A stretch of 44,825 nucleotides of DNA from a virus. The stretch is from the IMG/VR virus record IMGVR_UViG_3300045450_000021, positions 1-44,825 of that record; one strand, written 5' to 3'. Shown here in pieces: positions 1 to 9,316 of the stretch (position 1 is the first letter of the stretch; each line of letters begins with the position of its first letter). The position numbers and the translations under genes were made by a program. The notes beneath the pieces are model-generated. The model made no database searches and had not been told where the DNA came from. It saw only the letters and a list, made by a program, of their open reading frames with translations.

Positions 1-127
1 ACATCACTCAAGTTCTGGAAGTGCTGGAGCGCGCTGGCGACGATGTTCGCGCAGCTGAGCGCCGCGCTACCGAAGCCGCCCAGGCCCGTGTTGCCGCCAT
101 CTCTCAGATGGGCGAGCAGTACAACTG
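1..127. repeat. Terminal duplication, copy 1 (identical to 44699-44825); marks a circularly closed contig
   Basis: The first 127 nt are repeated exactly at the window end. The capsid ORF reads in frame through the junction once the overlap is removed. Confidence 0.95.
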
Positions 128-1343
128 CCGCGAGCTGGCACAGCGCGCCATCGGTGATGCCGCCGTGACCGTTGACGCCTTCCGCGCCCAGGTCCTGGAC
201 CACATCAACACCCGTGGCCAGCAGCCCACTGGCGCCCAGGCTCGCAGCGGCAACCGTCCCATGGGCGAGAACACCGCCCCGAACGCCGCCATCGGCCTGA
301 CCGACCAGGAAGTTCGCCGCTACTCGATCTTCCGCGCCGTCCGCGCCCTGCAACCCAACGCCAGTGCCGCCGACCGCGAGGCCGCCGCATTCGAGCTGGA
401 GTGCAGTGAGACCGCACAGCGTCAGCTCGGCCGCACCGCCCAGGGCATCCTGATCCCCGAAGACGTGCTGCGCAGCCGCGCCTTCAACGCTGGTGGCGCT
501 CCTGACCAGCCTGTCGGCGCCCAGACCGGCCAGAACCTGGTGGACACCAATTACATGGCGTCCAGCTTCATCGAGATGCTGCGGAACCGCACCGTCGCCA
601 TGCGCCTGGCCACCACCATGGGCGGTCTGGTCGGCAACGTCGAGATTCCCAAGCAGACCGGTGGCGCAACCGCCTACTGGATCGGTGAGGGTCAGGACGC
701 CCCGGAAGGCACCCCGACCATCGGCCAGCTGGGTCTGACCCCGCACACCGTCGCCGCGTACACCGACATCACCCGGCGCCTGCTGATGCAGTCCACCCCG
801 GATGCTGAAGGCATCGTGCGTCGCGACCTGGTGGCCGCCATCGGCCAAGCCATCGACCTGGCTGCGTTCTACAGCGACGGCACTGGCGTGAAACCCAAGG
901 GCCTGAAGTACATGACCGGCATCAACGCCGTGGCCTTCGCCGGCACCCAGCCGACCTATGCCGAGCTGGTCGAGATGGAAACCCAGATCGCCGCCGACAA
1001 CGCCGACGTGAACTCCATGGCCTACGTCATGAACGCCGTTGGCCGTGGCGCCGCGAAAACCACTTCCAAGTTCCCGAACGGGACTGACCAGGGCACCGTC
1101 TGGGAAGCCGGCAACACCCTGAACGGCTACCGCACCGAAATCACCAACCAGCTGGTGACCGGTGACGTGTTCTTCGGCAACTGGGCTGACTTCATCATCG
1201 GCATGTGGGGCGGCCTGGACCTGACCGTTGACCCGTACAGCCTGAGCAAGTCCGGCGGTCTGCGGATCGTGGTCTTCCAGGATGTGGACTTCGCCATCCG
1301 CCGCGTCGAGTCCTTCAGCTACGGTCGCAAGCCGGCAGCCTGA
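3..1343 (+). CDS. Major capsid protein (HK97 fold). This is the C-terminal part of the protease-capsid ORF that starts near 43978/44089 and crosses the circular junction.
   Basis: Frame 3 is open from nt 3 and is the same frame as 43978-44825 after removing the overlap. The C-terminal half resembles HK97-family capsids (GNWADFIIGMWGGLDLTVDPYS). A strong terminator follows. Confidence 0.85.
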   Translation: MTQVLEVLERAGDDVRAAERRATEAAQARVAAISQMGEQYNCRELAQRAIGDAAVTVDAFRAQVLDHINTRGQQPTGAQARSGNRPMGENTAPNAAIGLTDQEVRRYSIFRAVRALQPNASAADREAAAFELECSETAQRQLGRTAQGILIPEDVLRSRAFNAGGAPDQPVGAQTGQNLVDTNYMASSFIEMLRNRTVAMRLATTMGGLVGNVEIPKQTGGATAYWIGEGQDAPEGTPTIGQLGLTPHTVAAYTDITRRLLMQSTPDAEGIVRRDLVAAIGQAIDLAAFYSDGTGVKPKGLKYMTGINAVAFAGTQPTYAELVEMETQIAADNADVNSMAYVMNAVGRGAAKTTSKFPNGTDQGTVWEAGNTLNGYRTEITNQLVTGDVFFGNWADFIIGMWGGLDLTVDPYSLSKSGGLRIVVFQDVDFAIRRVESFSYGRKPAA

Positions 1344-1358
1344 TAGACCCCTAGAACT

Positions 1359-1382
1359 GGCCGCTTCGGCGGCCTTTTCTTT
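1359..1382 (+). terminator. Rho-independent terminator/attenuator after the capsid gene
   Basis: GGCCGC-TTCG-GCGGCC hairpin followed by TTTTCTTT. Confidence 0.75.
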
Positions 1383-1393
1383 CACTCAAGAGG

Positions 1394-1816
1394 TTGAACC
1401 GAATGGAAGACCAAGCGAAAGACGACTTTTTCACCATCGAGCTGTCCGCTGCGACCGTCATTGACGGTGAAATCGCCGTGGCCGGTGAAGTGGTCGAGGT
1501 GTCCCGCAAAGAGGCGGAGAACATCATCGGTCGTGGCCGTGCCACCCTGGCAAGCCCGGAGAAGCTGGCCGAAATCGAGAAGCGCGCCCAGGAAGAGGCC
1601 AAGCAGATCAAGGACTACCAGGAAGCCCAGCTGGTCGCCCAGATCGCCGGTCAGAAGCAGGCCGCCGACAAACTGTCCGCTCGCAAGGAAGAGCTGGAGA
1701 AGCTGACCCTGGACGCCCTGAAGGCCCTGGCTGCCGACAAGGGCCACGTCCTGGGTGATGCGACCAAGAAGGCCGACATCATCGAAGCCATCCAGAAGGC
1801 CGAGCAGGGCGAGTAA
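1394..1816 (+). CDS. Head-associated protein (decoration/scaffold-like) with a C-terminal SAP/HeH-like motif
   Basis: 140-aa ORF with an AGAGG RBS. Central coiled-coil region. C-terminus LTLDALKALAADKGHVLGDATKKADIIEAIQKAE resembles Rho-N/SAP helix-extended-helix motifs. Confidence 0.6.
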   Translation: MNRMEDQAKDDFFTIELSAATVIDGEIAVAGEVVEVSRKEAENIIGRGRATLASPEKLAEIEKRAQEEAKQIKDYQEAQLVAQIAGQKQAADKLSARKEELEKLTLDALKALAADKGHVLGDATKKADIIEAIQKAEQGE

Positions 1817-2136
1817 TGCCATCGCCGGCCTGGGAAGACCTGGACGCCTTCCTACAGCTGGACGTGACCGGCGGGTTCGCTGTGCCCGCCGTGTTCACGC
1901 TGTCTGACGGAACCACCAGGGAAGTGGCCGTCATCTTCGATGACCCCGCCATGGATGCAGAGGTGGGCGAGTACATCAAGGAAGACCAATCACCCTACGT
2001 GACCGGCAAGGAAACCGAGCTGCGCGGCATCCTGCGCGCGGACAGCGTAGTCATCAGTGGGCGCACCTATGGCGTGCTGTCGTCTCCCCGTCCCGATGGC
2101 ACAGGCATGGCCATCGTCCGCCTGGCCACCGAATAA
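1816..2136 (+). CDS. Putative head-tail adaptor / head completion protein
   Basis: 106-aa ORF with an ATGA-type start/stop overlap to its neighbours. Lies between the capsid and tail-completion genes. Confidence 0.5.
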   Translation: MPSPAWEDLDAFLQLDVTGGFAVPAVFTLSDGTTREVAVIFDDPAMDAEVGEYIKEDQSPYVTGKETELRGILRADSVVISGRTYGVLSSPRPDGTGMAIVRLATE

Positions 2137-2696
2137 TGCTTCACTTCGACATCAACTGGTCCGACCTGGCGCGCGTAGCCGGTGAGCTGGAGGCCAGCGA
2201 AAAGCAGATTCAGCTTGCCCTGCACCGCGCCCTGCGGCGCACAGAGGCGAGCCTGCGGCGCCTGTCGTCCAAGGGTCTTGCCCAGGAGCTTCAGTTGCGC
2301 GCCGTGGTTGCCCTGCGCAACCGCTTGAAGTCCATCAAGGTGCGCAAGAATGCCTATGGCCGTGGAGGCGATGGCGCGGCGCTCTGGTACGGCCTGAATG
2401 ATCTGCCTGTATCCAGCTTCAAGGGCAGGCCGCGCAGCACGGCTGCTGGTGCCAGCTTCAAGGGCAAGGAATTTGATGGCGCCTTCGTCGGCCGCAGCAA
2501 GTTCAAGGGCAAGCAAACCATTTTCAAGCGCGCCAGCGCGGCCCGTCTGCACATCCGTGAACAGCTGCTGGAGATAGAAGACAAGGCTGTGGTCTTCATT
2601 GAAGATCAGGTATTTGATAAAGTAGAAGAAATCTTCTGGCAGCACTTCATGCGCGACATCAAGGCCAGAGTCAAATTCAGGCTGGGTGAATACTGA
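2136..2696 (+). CDS. Lambda gpZ-like tail completion protein
   Basis: 186 aa. The N-terminus MLHFDINWSDLARVAGELEASEKQIQLALHRALRRT resembles the minor-tail-Z family. Translationally coupled. Confidence 0.55.
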   Translation: MLHFDINWSDLARVAGELEASEKQIQLALHRALRRTEASLRRLSSKGLAQELQLRAVVALRNRLKSIKVRKNAYGRGGDGAALWYGLNDLPVSSFKGRPRSTAAGASFKGKEFDGAFVGRSKFKGKQTIFKRASAARLHIREQLLEIEDKAVVFIEDQVFDKVEEIFWQHFMRDIKARVKFRLGEY

Positions 2697-3325
2697 TGGC
2701 CTACGCCAAAACCGAAATTGATTTCTCCGAGCTGGAAGAGGCCATCGTTCGCGACATCAAGGCCGCCTTCCCTGACCTGGCCACGGTCGAGTTCTACCGC
2801 GAGGACCGCACAGAGCTGCCGCTGCCAGCGGTGCTGCTGGAGATGGTCGAGTGGGAGCGGGACGAAGACCGCGACCCAGGCACCGAGCAGCTGCCCATCA
2901 TCGCGAACTTCGAAGCTGAAATCATCGTCAGCTTCAGGCGGGTGGAGGGGCGCAAGGCCAAGGCCGAGGTGCGCCGCCTGGCAAACGCCCTGGCCGCCTG
3001 GATGCACAACCGCCGCTGGACCTACCCTGACGGCAGGCTGAACGACAGTGGCAAGCCCAAGACCATGCCCACCGGCCCGGTGATGGTTTCGGGTGCGTAC
3101 CCGGATGACTTCCAGGGCCTGGAGAATGGCCGCAAGGGCGAGAAGCTGGACAAGTACGAAGTCTGGCGCCTGCCGTGGCAGCAGAGTGTTCACCTGGGTA
3201 AGACCGTATGGACTGAAGGCGGCGTGACACCTGGCCAGCCTCTGTTCTCCATGGCGCCCGATATTGGTCCGCCGCATAAGGACGACTACCAGGAGGGCTT
3301 AGATGGCCTCATTCGAAATCTCTGA
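2696..3325 (+). CDS. Putative tail completion / neck protein
   Basis: 209-aa ORF, coupled to both neighbours, located at the head-tail junction. Confidence 0.45.
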   Translation: MAYAKTEIDFSELEEAIVRDIKAAFPDLATVEFYREDRTELPLPAVLLEMVEWERDEDRDPGTEQLPIIANFEAEIIVSFRRVEGRKAKAEVRRLANALAAWMHNRRWTYPDGRLNDSGKPKTMPTGPVMVSGAYPDDFQGLENGRKGEKLDKYEVWRLPWQQSVHLGKTVWTEGGVTPGQPLFSMAPDIGPPHKDDYQEGLDGLIRNL

Positions 3326-3884
3326 CATCCAGCGCATGCTGGCGAACATGATCCGCGTTGGCGTTATCGAAGAGCTAGACGCCGCGAATGCGCGCGTGAA
3401 GGTCAACGTCTCTGGCCAGGTTACTGACTGGGTTCCTTGGGGCACTGATTCAGCAGGGCGCGTGCGCAAGTGGTCACCCAAGCAAGTGGGTGAGGAGGTC
3501 GTGCTGTTCTCGCCCTATGGTGACATGTCCCAGGCAATCGTCGGCTTCTCGCTTTTCCAAGACCAGTTCCCCGCCAACGATAACAACATGGGCAAGGAGA
3601 CTGCCACCTTCGCTGATGGCACGAGCGTGTCCTATGACCAGAAGGCCGGCGCCCTGACCATCAACGTTTCTGGCGGCGGCCTGGTGAGCGTCCAGTGCAA
3701 GACGGCGACCGTCAAGGCATCGGAGCTGATCACGCTGGACACTCCCAACGTCCACTGCACCGGCAACATCAAGGCCGATGGCGAAGTCTCGGACAAGGTC
3801 CGCGCCATGTCGGCTGATCGCGCGATCTACAACGGCCACACCCACCCGAACAACGGCGGTAGCCCACCCACCCAGAAGCAGTAA
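3303..3884 (+). CDS. Baseplate assembly protein V (P2 gpV-like spike)
   Basis: N-terminal LANMIRVGVIEELD...VKVNVSGQVTDWVPW and C-terminal IYNGHTHP motifs are typical of gpV. Confidence 0.85.
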   Translation: MASFEISDIQRMLANMIRVGVIEELDAANARVKVNVSGQVTDWVPWGTDSAGRVRKWSPKQVGEEVVLFSPYGDMSQAIVGFSLFQDQFPANDNNMGKETATFADGTSVSYDQKAGALTINVSGGGLVSVQCKTATVKASELITLDTPNVHCTGNIKADGEVSDKVRAMSADRAIYNGHTHPNNGGSPPTQKQ

Positions 3885-3888
3885 CGGC

Positions 3889-3928
3889 AAAACCCCAAGT
3901 GGAAGGCCAGTGACATGGCGGGCATCCT
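3889..3928 (+). promoter_or_regulatory. Late box copy 1: AAAACCCCAAGTGG-N20-CATCCT, predicted late promoter for the W-J-I-fibre operon
   Basis: Exact 14-mer plus a fixed 20-nt spacer plus an NANNCT hexamer. 23-nt identity with copy 2 (GCAAAACCCCAAGTGGAAGGCCA). Confidence 0.6.
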
Positions 3929-3934
3929 CCCGCC

Positions 3935-4273
3935 ATGCAAGGTACTAACGCGCTTACGGGAAAGGCCCTGGATGGTATAGCCCACCTTCGCCAGTCCATC
4001 ACAGACATCCTGACGACGCCAATTGGTAGTCGGGTCATGCGCCGCGAGTACGGAAGCCGCCTTCCACGGCTGATCGACGCGCCGACCAATCGCGACACCT
4101 TGCTGGATATTTACGCAGCAACGGCCGAGGCTCTGGCCCGCTGGGAACCCCGCTTCACCCTGACCAGCGTCCAGGCCACCAGCGCCGCCCCTGGCAGGGT
4201 CCAGCTGGACCTGACCGGCGTCCACAAGCCTGACGGCCAGACGATAACGATTCAGGGGGTTGTCATCCAATAA
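3935..4273 (+). CDS. Baseplate wedge protein W (GPW/gp25 family)
   Basis: HLRQSITDILTTPIGSRVMRREYGSRLPRLID matches the P2 gpW signature. Confidence 0.85.
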   Translation: MQGTNALTGKALDGIAHLRQSITDILTTPIGSRVMRREYGSRLPRLIDAPTNRDTLLDIYAATAEALARWEPRFTLTSVQATSAAPGRVQLDLTGVHKPDGQTITIQGVVIQ

Positions 4274-5172
4274 TGGCCGGCGCATTCACTGCTGTTGACC
4301 TGTCACAGCTGCCGGTCCCGGACAGCGTAGACCGGCTAGACTTCGAAACCATCTTCGCTGACATGCTCGCGGACTTGATTGCCCGCGCGCCTGAGTTCAC
4401 CGCGCTGGTGGAGAGCGACACGGTCTACAAGGTTCTGGAGGTCTGCGCTTTCCGCGAGCTGCTGCTGCGGCAGAAGGCGAACGACGACATTCAGGCGGTC
4501 ATGCTGGCGACCGCCCTTGGCGACGACCTGGAGAACATCGCGGCGCGCTATGACGTGGAGCGCCTGCTTATCCAGGCTGGCGACCCGGACGCAGTTCCGC
4601 CAATCCCTGACCTCTACGAAGATGACGAGGCGCTGCGCCGCAGGACCCAGCTGGCGTTCGAAGGCTTCAGCACCGCAGGCCCAAAGGGCGCCTACATCTT
4701 CCACTCGCTGAGCGCTGATGCGCGCGTGCTGGACGCCAACGCCGAGAGCCTGGAGCCCGGCAAGGTGTCCGTGGCCGTGCTGGCAAGGGCTGGCACTGGC
4801 GAGGCGCCGCAGGACCTGCTGGACGTAGTGGATGCCGCCCTGTCCGACGAGGACGTTCGCCCACTGACGGACCAGGTGGAAGTGGTTTCAGCGGACATCC
4901 TGGAATTCCAGGTAGCGGCCACCCTGAAGTTCTATTCCGGCCCTGACTCGGCTGCTGTGATGGCGGCGGTTCGTGCCGCCCTGCAATCCTACCTGGACGA
5001 CAGCCAACGGCTTGGCCGGGACATTGCGGTTTCTGGTCTCTACCGGGCGCTGCATCAGCCAGGCGTGCAGTCTGCGTTCCTGACCCAGCCGGCTACCAAC
5101 ATCGTGGCAGCCTGGAACCAGGCGCCGCTATGCACACTGGTTACGCTGACGGACGGCGGCGTTGATGAGTAG
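4273..5172 (+). CDS. Baseplate protein J
   Basis: 299 aa, coupled to W. Looks like the baseplate-J family (FEGFSTAGPKGAYIFHSLSADARV). Confidence 0.85.
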   Translation: MAGAFTAVDLSQLPVPDSVDRLDFETIFADMLADLIARAPEFTALVESDTVYKVLEVCAFRELLLRQKANDDIQAVMLATALGDDLENIAARYDVERLLIQAGDPDAVPPIPDLYEDDEALRRRTQLAFEGFSTAGPKGAYIFHSLSADARVLDANAESLEPGKVSVAVLARAGTGEAPQDLLDVVDAALSDEDVRPLTDQVEVVSADILEFQVAATLKFYSGPDSAAVMAAVRAALQSYLDDSQRLGRDIAVSGLYRALHQPGVQSAFLTQPATNIVAAWNQAPLCTLVTLTDGGVDE

Positions 5173-5869
5173 CCATCTGCTGCCGCCCAGCGCCACTGAG
5201 CAGGAGCGCGCCATATCGCTGGCCACCGCCAGGCTGGGTGACGTTCCCACTGGTGCGCGCCAGGCGTGGAACCCTGACACCTGTCCGGTGGAGCTGCTGC
5301 CTTGGCTCGCCTGGGCATTCAGCGTCGATGAGTGGGACCCGAACTGGACCGAAGCCGAGAAGCGCGGCGTCATCAATAACAGCTTCTTTGTCCACCGGCA
5401 CAAGGGTACCATAGGCGCCATCCGCCGCGCCCTGGAGCCGCTGGGCTACCTGATTGACGTGGTGGAGTGGTGGGAGACGACGCCGAAGGGCGAGCCCTAC
5501 ACCTTCAGCATTGTGATGGGCACCGGCAGCAAGCCAGTGACGCCTGACCTTTACGACAAGGTAGAGCGCATAGTTCTGACCTACAAGAACCTGCGTTCTC
5601 ACCTGCGAAACCTGACAGTCAAGACAGAGATTCGCGGCAAGTCATTTGCCGGCGCGCTGCTTCAGGACGGCAATGAAACGACCGTCTACCCGTACAACAT
5701 TAGCGAGATTCAGAGCGTCGGACACGCCGTAACAGGCATCATTGTCCAGGACGCCACAACCGTCACGATTTACCCCGACTCATACGAACAGGACGCGGCC
5801 GGATACCTGGCATCATCGCAAGAACTCTGGAACGTCGCGAACATCACATTGCCCGGAATGCTGAACTGA
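5162..5869 (+). CDS. Tail protein I (P2 gpI-like)
   Basis: LLPPSATEQERAIS...CPVELLPWLAWAFSVDEWDPNW...HRHKGTIGA is the gpI signature. Confidence 0.85.
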   Translation: MMSSHLLPPSATEQERAISLATARLGDVPTGARQAWNPDTCPVELLPWLAWAFSVDEWDPNWTEAEKRGVINNSFFVHRHKGTIGAIRRALEPLGYLIDVVEWWETTPKGEPYTFSIVMGTGSKPVTPDLYDKVERIVLTYKNLRSHLRNLTVKTEIRGKSFAGALLQDGNETTVYPYNISEIQSVGHAVTGIIVQDATTVTIYPDSYEQDAAGYLASSQELWNVANITLPGMLN

Positions 5870-5870
5870 T

Positions 5871-7610
5871 ATGGCAACCTCCAAAGAATTACTAGACCAG
5901 GCGGCTGCGCTGGCCAGGCCGGCAGCGCAGATCATTCATGACATCGCAAATGGCGACGACCAAGCGGACATTCAGACCGCCAACGGCCCAGTCCCATCAA
6001 TGGCCAAGCAGTCTAGGACAAATCGTGAGCTGGTCATGGAAATTCTGTCCGGCGCTTTCACCAGCGCAGCTGAATTTGGCGTGAAGGGCGACGGATCATC
6101 CGACGACCTGGCAGCCATTGCGCTGGCAGTCGCTAGCGGAAAGCCAATCTGGTGGCCGAGCGGAACGTATGGGTTAACGAATACCCTTACAGTTTCTCAG
6201 GCTCAGACCTGGATAACTGCTGGCAAGGTCAAATTTGTTTCCATGATGCCTGCCGGAAGCCCTGTAAGACCGTTGTTCGACTTCATAGCAAAGATCACCA
6301 GCTATGGTGACTTTTCAGTGGACCATAGAGCGAACACGATTGGCTATGCCCCTCCTGACGTATACCAGGGAAACCCAATTGCAGGTAGCGCGATACTTGT
6401 CCAAGGTGATTGGTCATCTGTTGAAGATTGGCATATTTTCAACGCATGGGACAACGGAATATCAGCAGTAAGACTTAACCAAACGACTGGCAAAGAGGTC
6501 GCTGGCTCCCCTAAGTTCGGAAGCTTCAGAAATCTGAAGACAGTCCTTTGCGGGGTTGGCGAGCATATCAACCCTGAAACTCCAGGAAAGATCGGCGCTG
6601 GCGTTGATGTTGCCTCGGCATCGGCATGGACTGTTGATGACTGCATAGATTATATGAGCTATACAGGCTTCATTCTTGATATTGGAGCCGGAGCCCAGTG
6701 CCAGTTCAGCAACTGCGTGGCTTTCTTTACTAAGGTTGACTCTAATAATCCTCTGAACGGCTCTGGTCATGGATTCTACTCAGGGTCAAGCGAAAGCAGC
6801 TTTGTCAACTGCATATCTATCGAGTCCGAATATAGAGCCTGGAGAATCGATGAGGTTGGCACCGACTTTGTCAATTGCCATGCATACTATCCCAAGCAGG
6901 AAGGCGTCTTCATTAAGGCTGGTCAGTTCAGGGGCAGCTTCCGCATCAAGGGCGCCGGGGCTAAGCAAGCAAATACCTATGACGCAGTCCTTATAGATAG
7001 CTCTGCCCGTGCAATCACCGAGCTGGAGCTTGATCTTCACACGACTGGTAGCAACCACCGCTGGGGCGTCAATGCTGTAGGCAATAAAACAATCGATGCT
7101 CACGTTCACGGATCGGTTACCGGAACAACTGGACTTGTAAATCGGCAGAACTACAACATAGGAACATTCCTGCAAAACGCAGCAATCGGCGCAGGTAAAC
7201 GATTTGCAATAAATCGTGATGTGCCAGGCATGGAATGGGATGTTTACGGCAGAATGCGTGCATCTGCTGACAGGGCAAATAAAAACTATGCGCTGGAGAT
7301 ATTCGGAAACGACACGGACAACGGAACATTTTTTGTAGAAGACTATGCGACACCAGCAAAAAGGATGGCCATGGGTTATGATCCGGCCAATGATGCCTTT
7401 GTGGTGCAGGCAATCCATGCCGGGGTTGCGAAAAAGCCTCTACTGCTGAACCCGTCCGGTGGGTCGGTCATGATTGGGACTGGAACCTGGCAGGAGCCAG
7501 CAAGACTTGGGAACTACCGTATCTGGGTAGATGGAAGCGGAAGATTGAGGATCAAGAGTGGCGCCCCAACATCAGATGGCGACGGCTCAATAGTCGGAAC
7601 ACAAGCATAA
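5871..7610 (+). CDS. Tailspike/tail fibre with a pectate-lyase-like right-handed beta-helix domain (putative depolymerase)
   Basis: 579 aa. FGVKGDGSSDDLAAIALAVASGKPIWWPSGTYGL resembles the start of Pectate_lyase_3 / GH28-like beta-helices. Visibly lower GC than the flanks. Confidence 0.65.
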   Translation: MATSKELLDQAAALARPAAQIIHDIANGDDQADIQTANGPVPSMAKQSRTNRELVMEILSGAFTSAAEFGVKGDGSSDDLAAIALAVASGKPIWWPSGTYGLTNTLTVSQAQTWITAGKVKFVSMMPAGSPVRPLFDFIAKITSYGDFSVDHRANTIGYAPPDVYQGNPIAGSAILVQGDWSSVEDWHIFNAWDNGISAVRLNQTTGKEVAGSPKFGSFRNLKTVLCGVGEHINPETPGKIGAGVDVASASAWTVDDCIDYMSYTGFILDIGAGAQCQFSNCVAFFTKVDSNNPLNGSGHGFYSGSSESSFVNCISIESEYRAWRIDEVGTDFVNCHAYYPKQEGVFIKAGQFRGSFRIKGAGAKQANTYDAVLIDSSARAITELELDLHTTGSNHRWGVNAVGNKTIDAHVHGSVTGTTGLVNRQNYNIGTFLQNAAIGAGKRFAINRDVPGMEWDVYGRMRASADRANKNYALEIFGNDTDNGTFFVEDYATPAKRMAMGYDPANDAFVVQAIHAGVAKKPLLLNPSGGSVMIGTGTWQEPARLGNYRIWVDGSGRLRIKSGAPTSDGDGSIVGTQA

Positions 7611-7625
7611 TCAGAGACCATATAG

Positions 7626-8834
7626 ATGGCATACTTCACGCTACTTACAAACATCGGCCAGGCCAAGATTGCAAACGCCCTGGCCCTTGGCCAGAAAATC
7701 AGCATTTCCACCATGAAGCTGGGTGACGGCAACGGAGCCCCTACCACGCCAAGCCAAGGCCAGACCGCGCTGGTGCGCACGGTCTATACCGGCCAGCTCA
7801 ATCAGCTGGCAGTTGACCCGGAAAACCCGAACTATGTCGTGGCTGAGCTGGTGGTTCCCGCTGATCAGGGCGGGTGGACTGTCCGCGAAGTCGGTTTGTT
7901 CGATGACGCGGGCGACATGATCGCCGTGGGCAACTTCCCCGAGACGTACAAGCCTGTCCTGTCGGAAGGCGCTGCGCGTGACATGGTGGTGCGCATCATC
8001 ATTGAGGTGAGCAACGCATCCGCTATCACGCTGAAGATTGACCCAGCGGTGGTGCTGGCATCACGGTCCTGGGTGTCTGCCACCTTCGTCACCAAGGACA
8101 GCGTGAAGGGCGGAACCACCGGCCAGGCCCTGGTGAAGAAGTCGGCAACCGATCACGACTGGCAGTGGCAGGACATCGCCGCCGGCCTGAACTTCAGCGG
8201 CGTGAACCTGCTGACACAGAACACGACGCTGACGGCGTCCGCCGCTGGCGCGCTCCAGGTTATCCAAGGGCTGGGCGGCCTGACCATCACCCTTCCCGCA
8301 GCCAACGGCGTGAAGGCTGGTGCGGCGATTTCTTTCCGAAGCGCAACCCAGGTTGGCGCCACAAACATCATCCTGCGCGGGCGCACCCAGGACGCTATCC
8401 AGACCCCTGGCAGCTCCACTGCGTCGGTCACGGTCCGTGGTGGTGACACCCTGGTTTTCGTGTCTGATGGCCAAACGAACTGGCACCTGTCGGTTGATGC
8501 CACCGCAGACCTGATCGGGCGTCAGTTCTCCTACCAGCAGACGCTGGGTACTGCCGGCTTCCAGGCTATCCCTAATGGGCCGGTTATCGCCTGGGGCGAG
8601 GGGCAAACCAACTCCGCTGGCGTCACCACGATCACTTTCGCCGCTGCTTTTCCAAGGAACTGTCGCCAGCTGGTTGCTTCGCCCACGAACGCCTCCGGCT
8701 CTGCGCAGAGCTACATCATCACTACCGGACCACTAAGTCGGACTGGCTGCCAAGTATTTGCAACCGGCGCAACGCCTGGGAATGTCCCAGTAGCTGCCAG
8801 CGTCGGCTTCCGCTATGTCGCATTCGGGGATTGA
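7626..8834 (+). CDS. Tail fibre protein (P2 gpH-like N-terminal domain)
   Basis: N-terminus MAYFTLLTNIGQAKIANALALGQKISISTMKLGDGNG...REVGLFDDAGDMIAVGNFPETYKP is the conserved fibre N-terminal domain. The C-terminal half is divergent. Confidence 0.8.
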   Translation: MAYFTLLTNIGQAKIANALALGQKISISTMKLGDGNGAPTTPSQGQTALVRTVYTGQLNQLAVDPENPNYVVAELVVPADQGGWTVREVGLFDDAGDMIAVGNFPETYKPVLSEGAARDMVVRIIIEVSNASAITLKIDPAVVLASRSWVSATFVTKDSVKGGTTGQALVKKSATDHDWQWQDIAAGLNFSGVNLLTQNTTLTASAAGALQVIQGLGGLTITLPAANGVKAGAAISFRSATQVGATNIILRGRTQDAIQTPGSSTASVTVRGGDTLVFVSDGQTNWHLSVDATADLIGRQFSYQQTLGTAGFQAIPNGPVIAWGEGQTNSAGVTTITFAAAFPRNCRQLVASPTNASGSAQSYIITTGPLSRTGCQVFATGATPGNVPVAASVGFRYVAFGD

Positions 8835-8836
8835 CC

Positions 8837-9244
8837 ATGAACTACTTCAGCCCTTCTACCTTGGGTCTTTACGATGACCAATTGACTGGCGAAATCCCGG
8901 CCGACGCCGTGGAGATCACGCTGGAAAAGCTGCGCCAACTCATGGACGGCAAAGCTGCTGGCAAGGACATCGCCGCCGGCAAGAAAGGCGCGCCGGTATT
9001 GGTCGAGCCGCCTGCGCCTACCGCCGATCAGCTGGAGGCCATCGCCAAGGGCACCCGCGCCAACTTGCTGATGCAGGCCGCACTCCACATCGCTCCGCTC
9101 CAGGACGCTGTGGATCTGGGAGACTCCAGCGCGGCCGAGGCAGAGGCGCTACGCAAATGGAAGCAATACCGCGTAGCGCTGGGACGTATCGAGAGTCAGG
9201 AGGGCTACCCAGGCAACATTTCGTGGCCAGAAGTTCCGCAATAG
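8837..9244 (+). CDS. Tail fibre assembly chaperone (gpG-like)
   Basis: The N-terminus MNYFSPSTLGLYDD and the C-terminal WKQYRVALGRI...WPEVP pattern are typical. ATG at 8837 preferred over the TTG at 8831. Confidence 0.7.
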   Translation: MNYFSPSTLGLYDDQLTGEIPADAVEITLEKLRQLMDGKAAGKDIAAGKKGAPVLVEPPAPTADQLEAIAKGTRANLLMQAALHIAPLQDAVDLGDSSAAEAEALRKWKQYRVALGRIESQEGYPGNISWPEVPQ

Positions 9245-9316
9245 CTATGCGTCCTGATAAGCGGCGCTGTATACTGGCGCCGCTGCAATCCGCAGCACAC
9301 AAAGAGAAGAAAGGAA

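Noticed and set aside
1-127. The terminal direct repeat read as biological DTRs or as LTR/IS ends.
   Set aside because: It is exact and lies mid-gene, and the reading frame continues through it. It behaves as an assembler overlap on a circular molecule.
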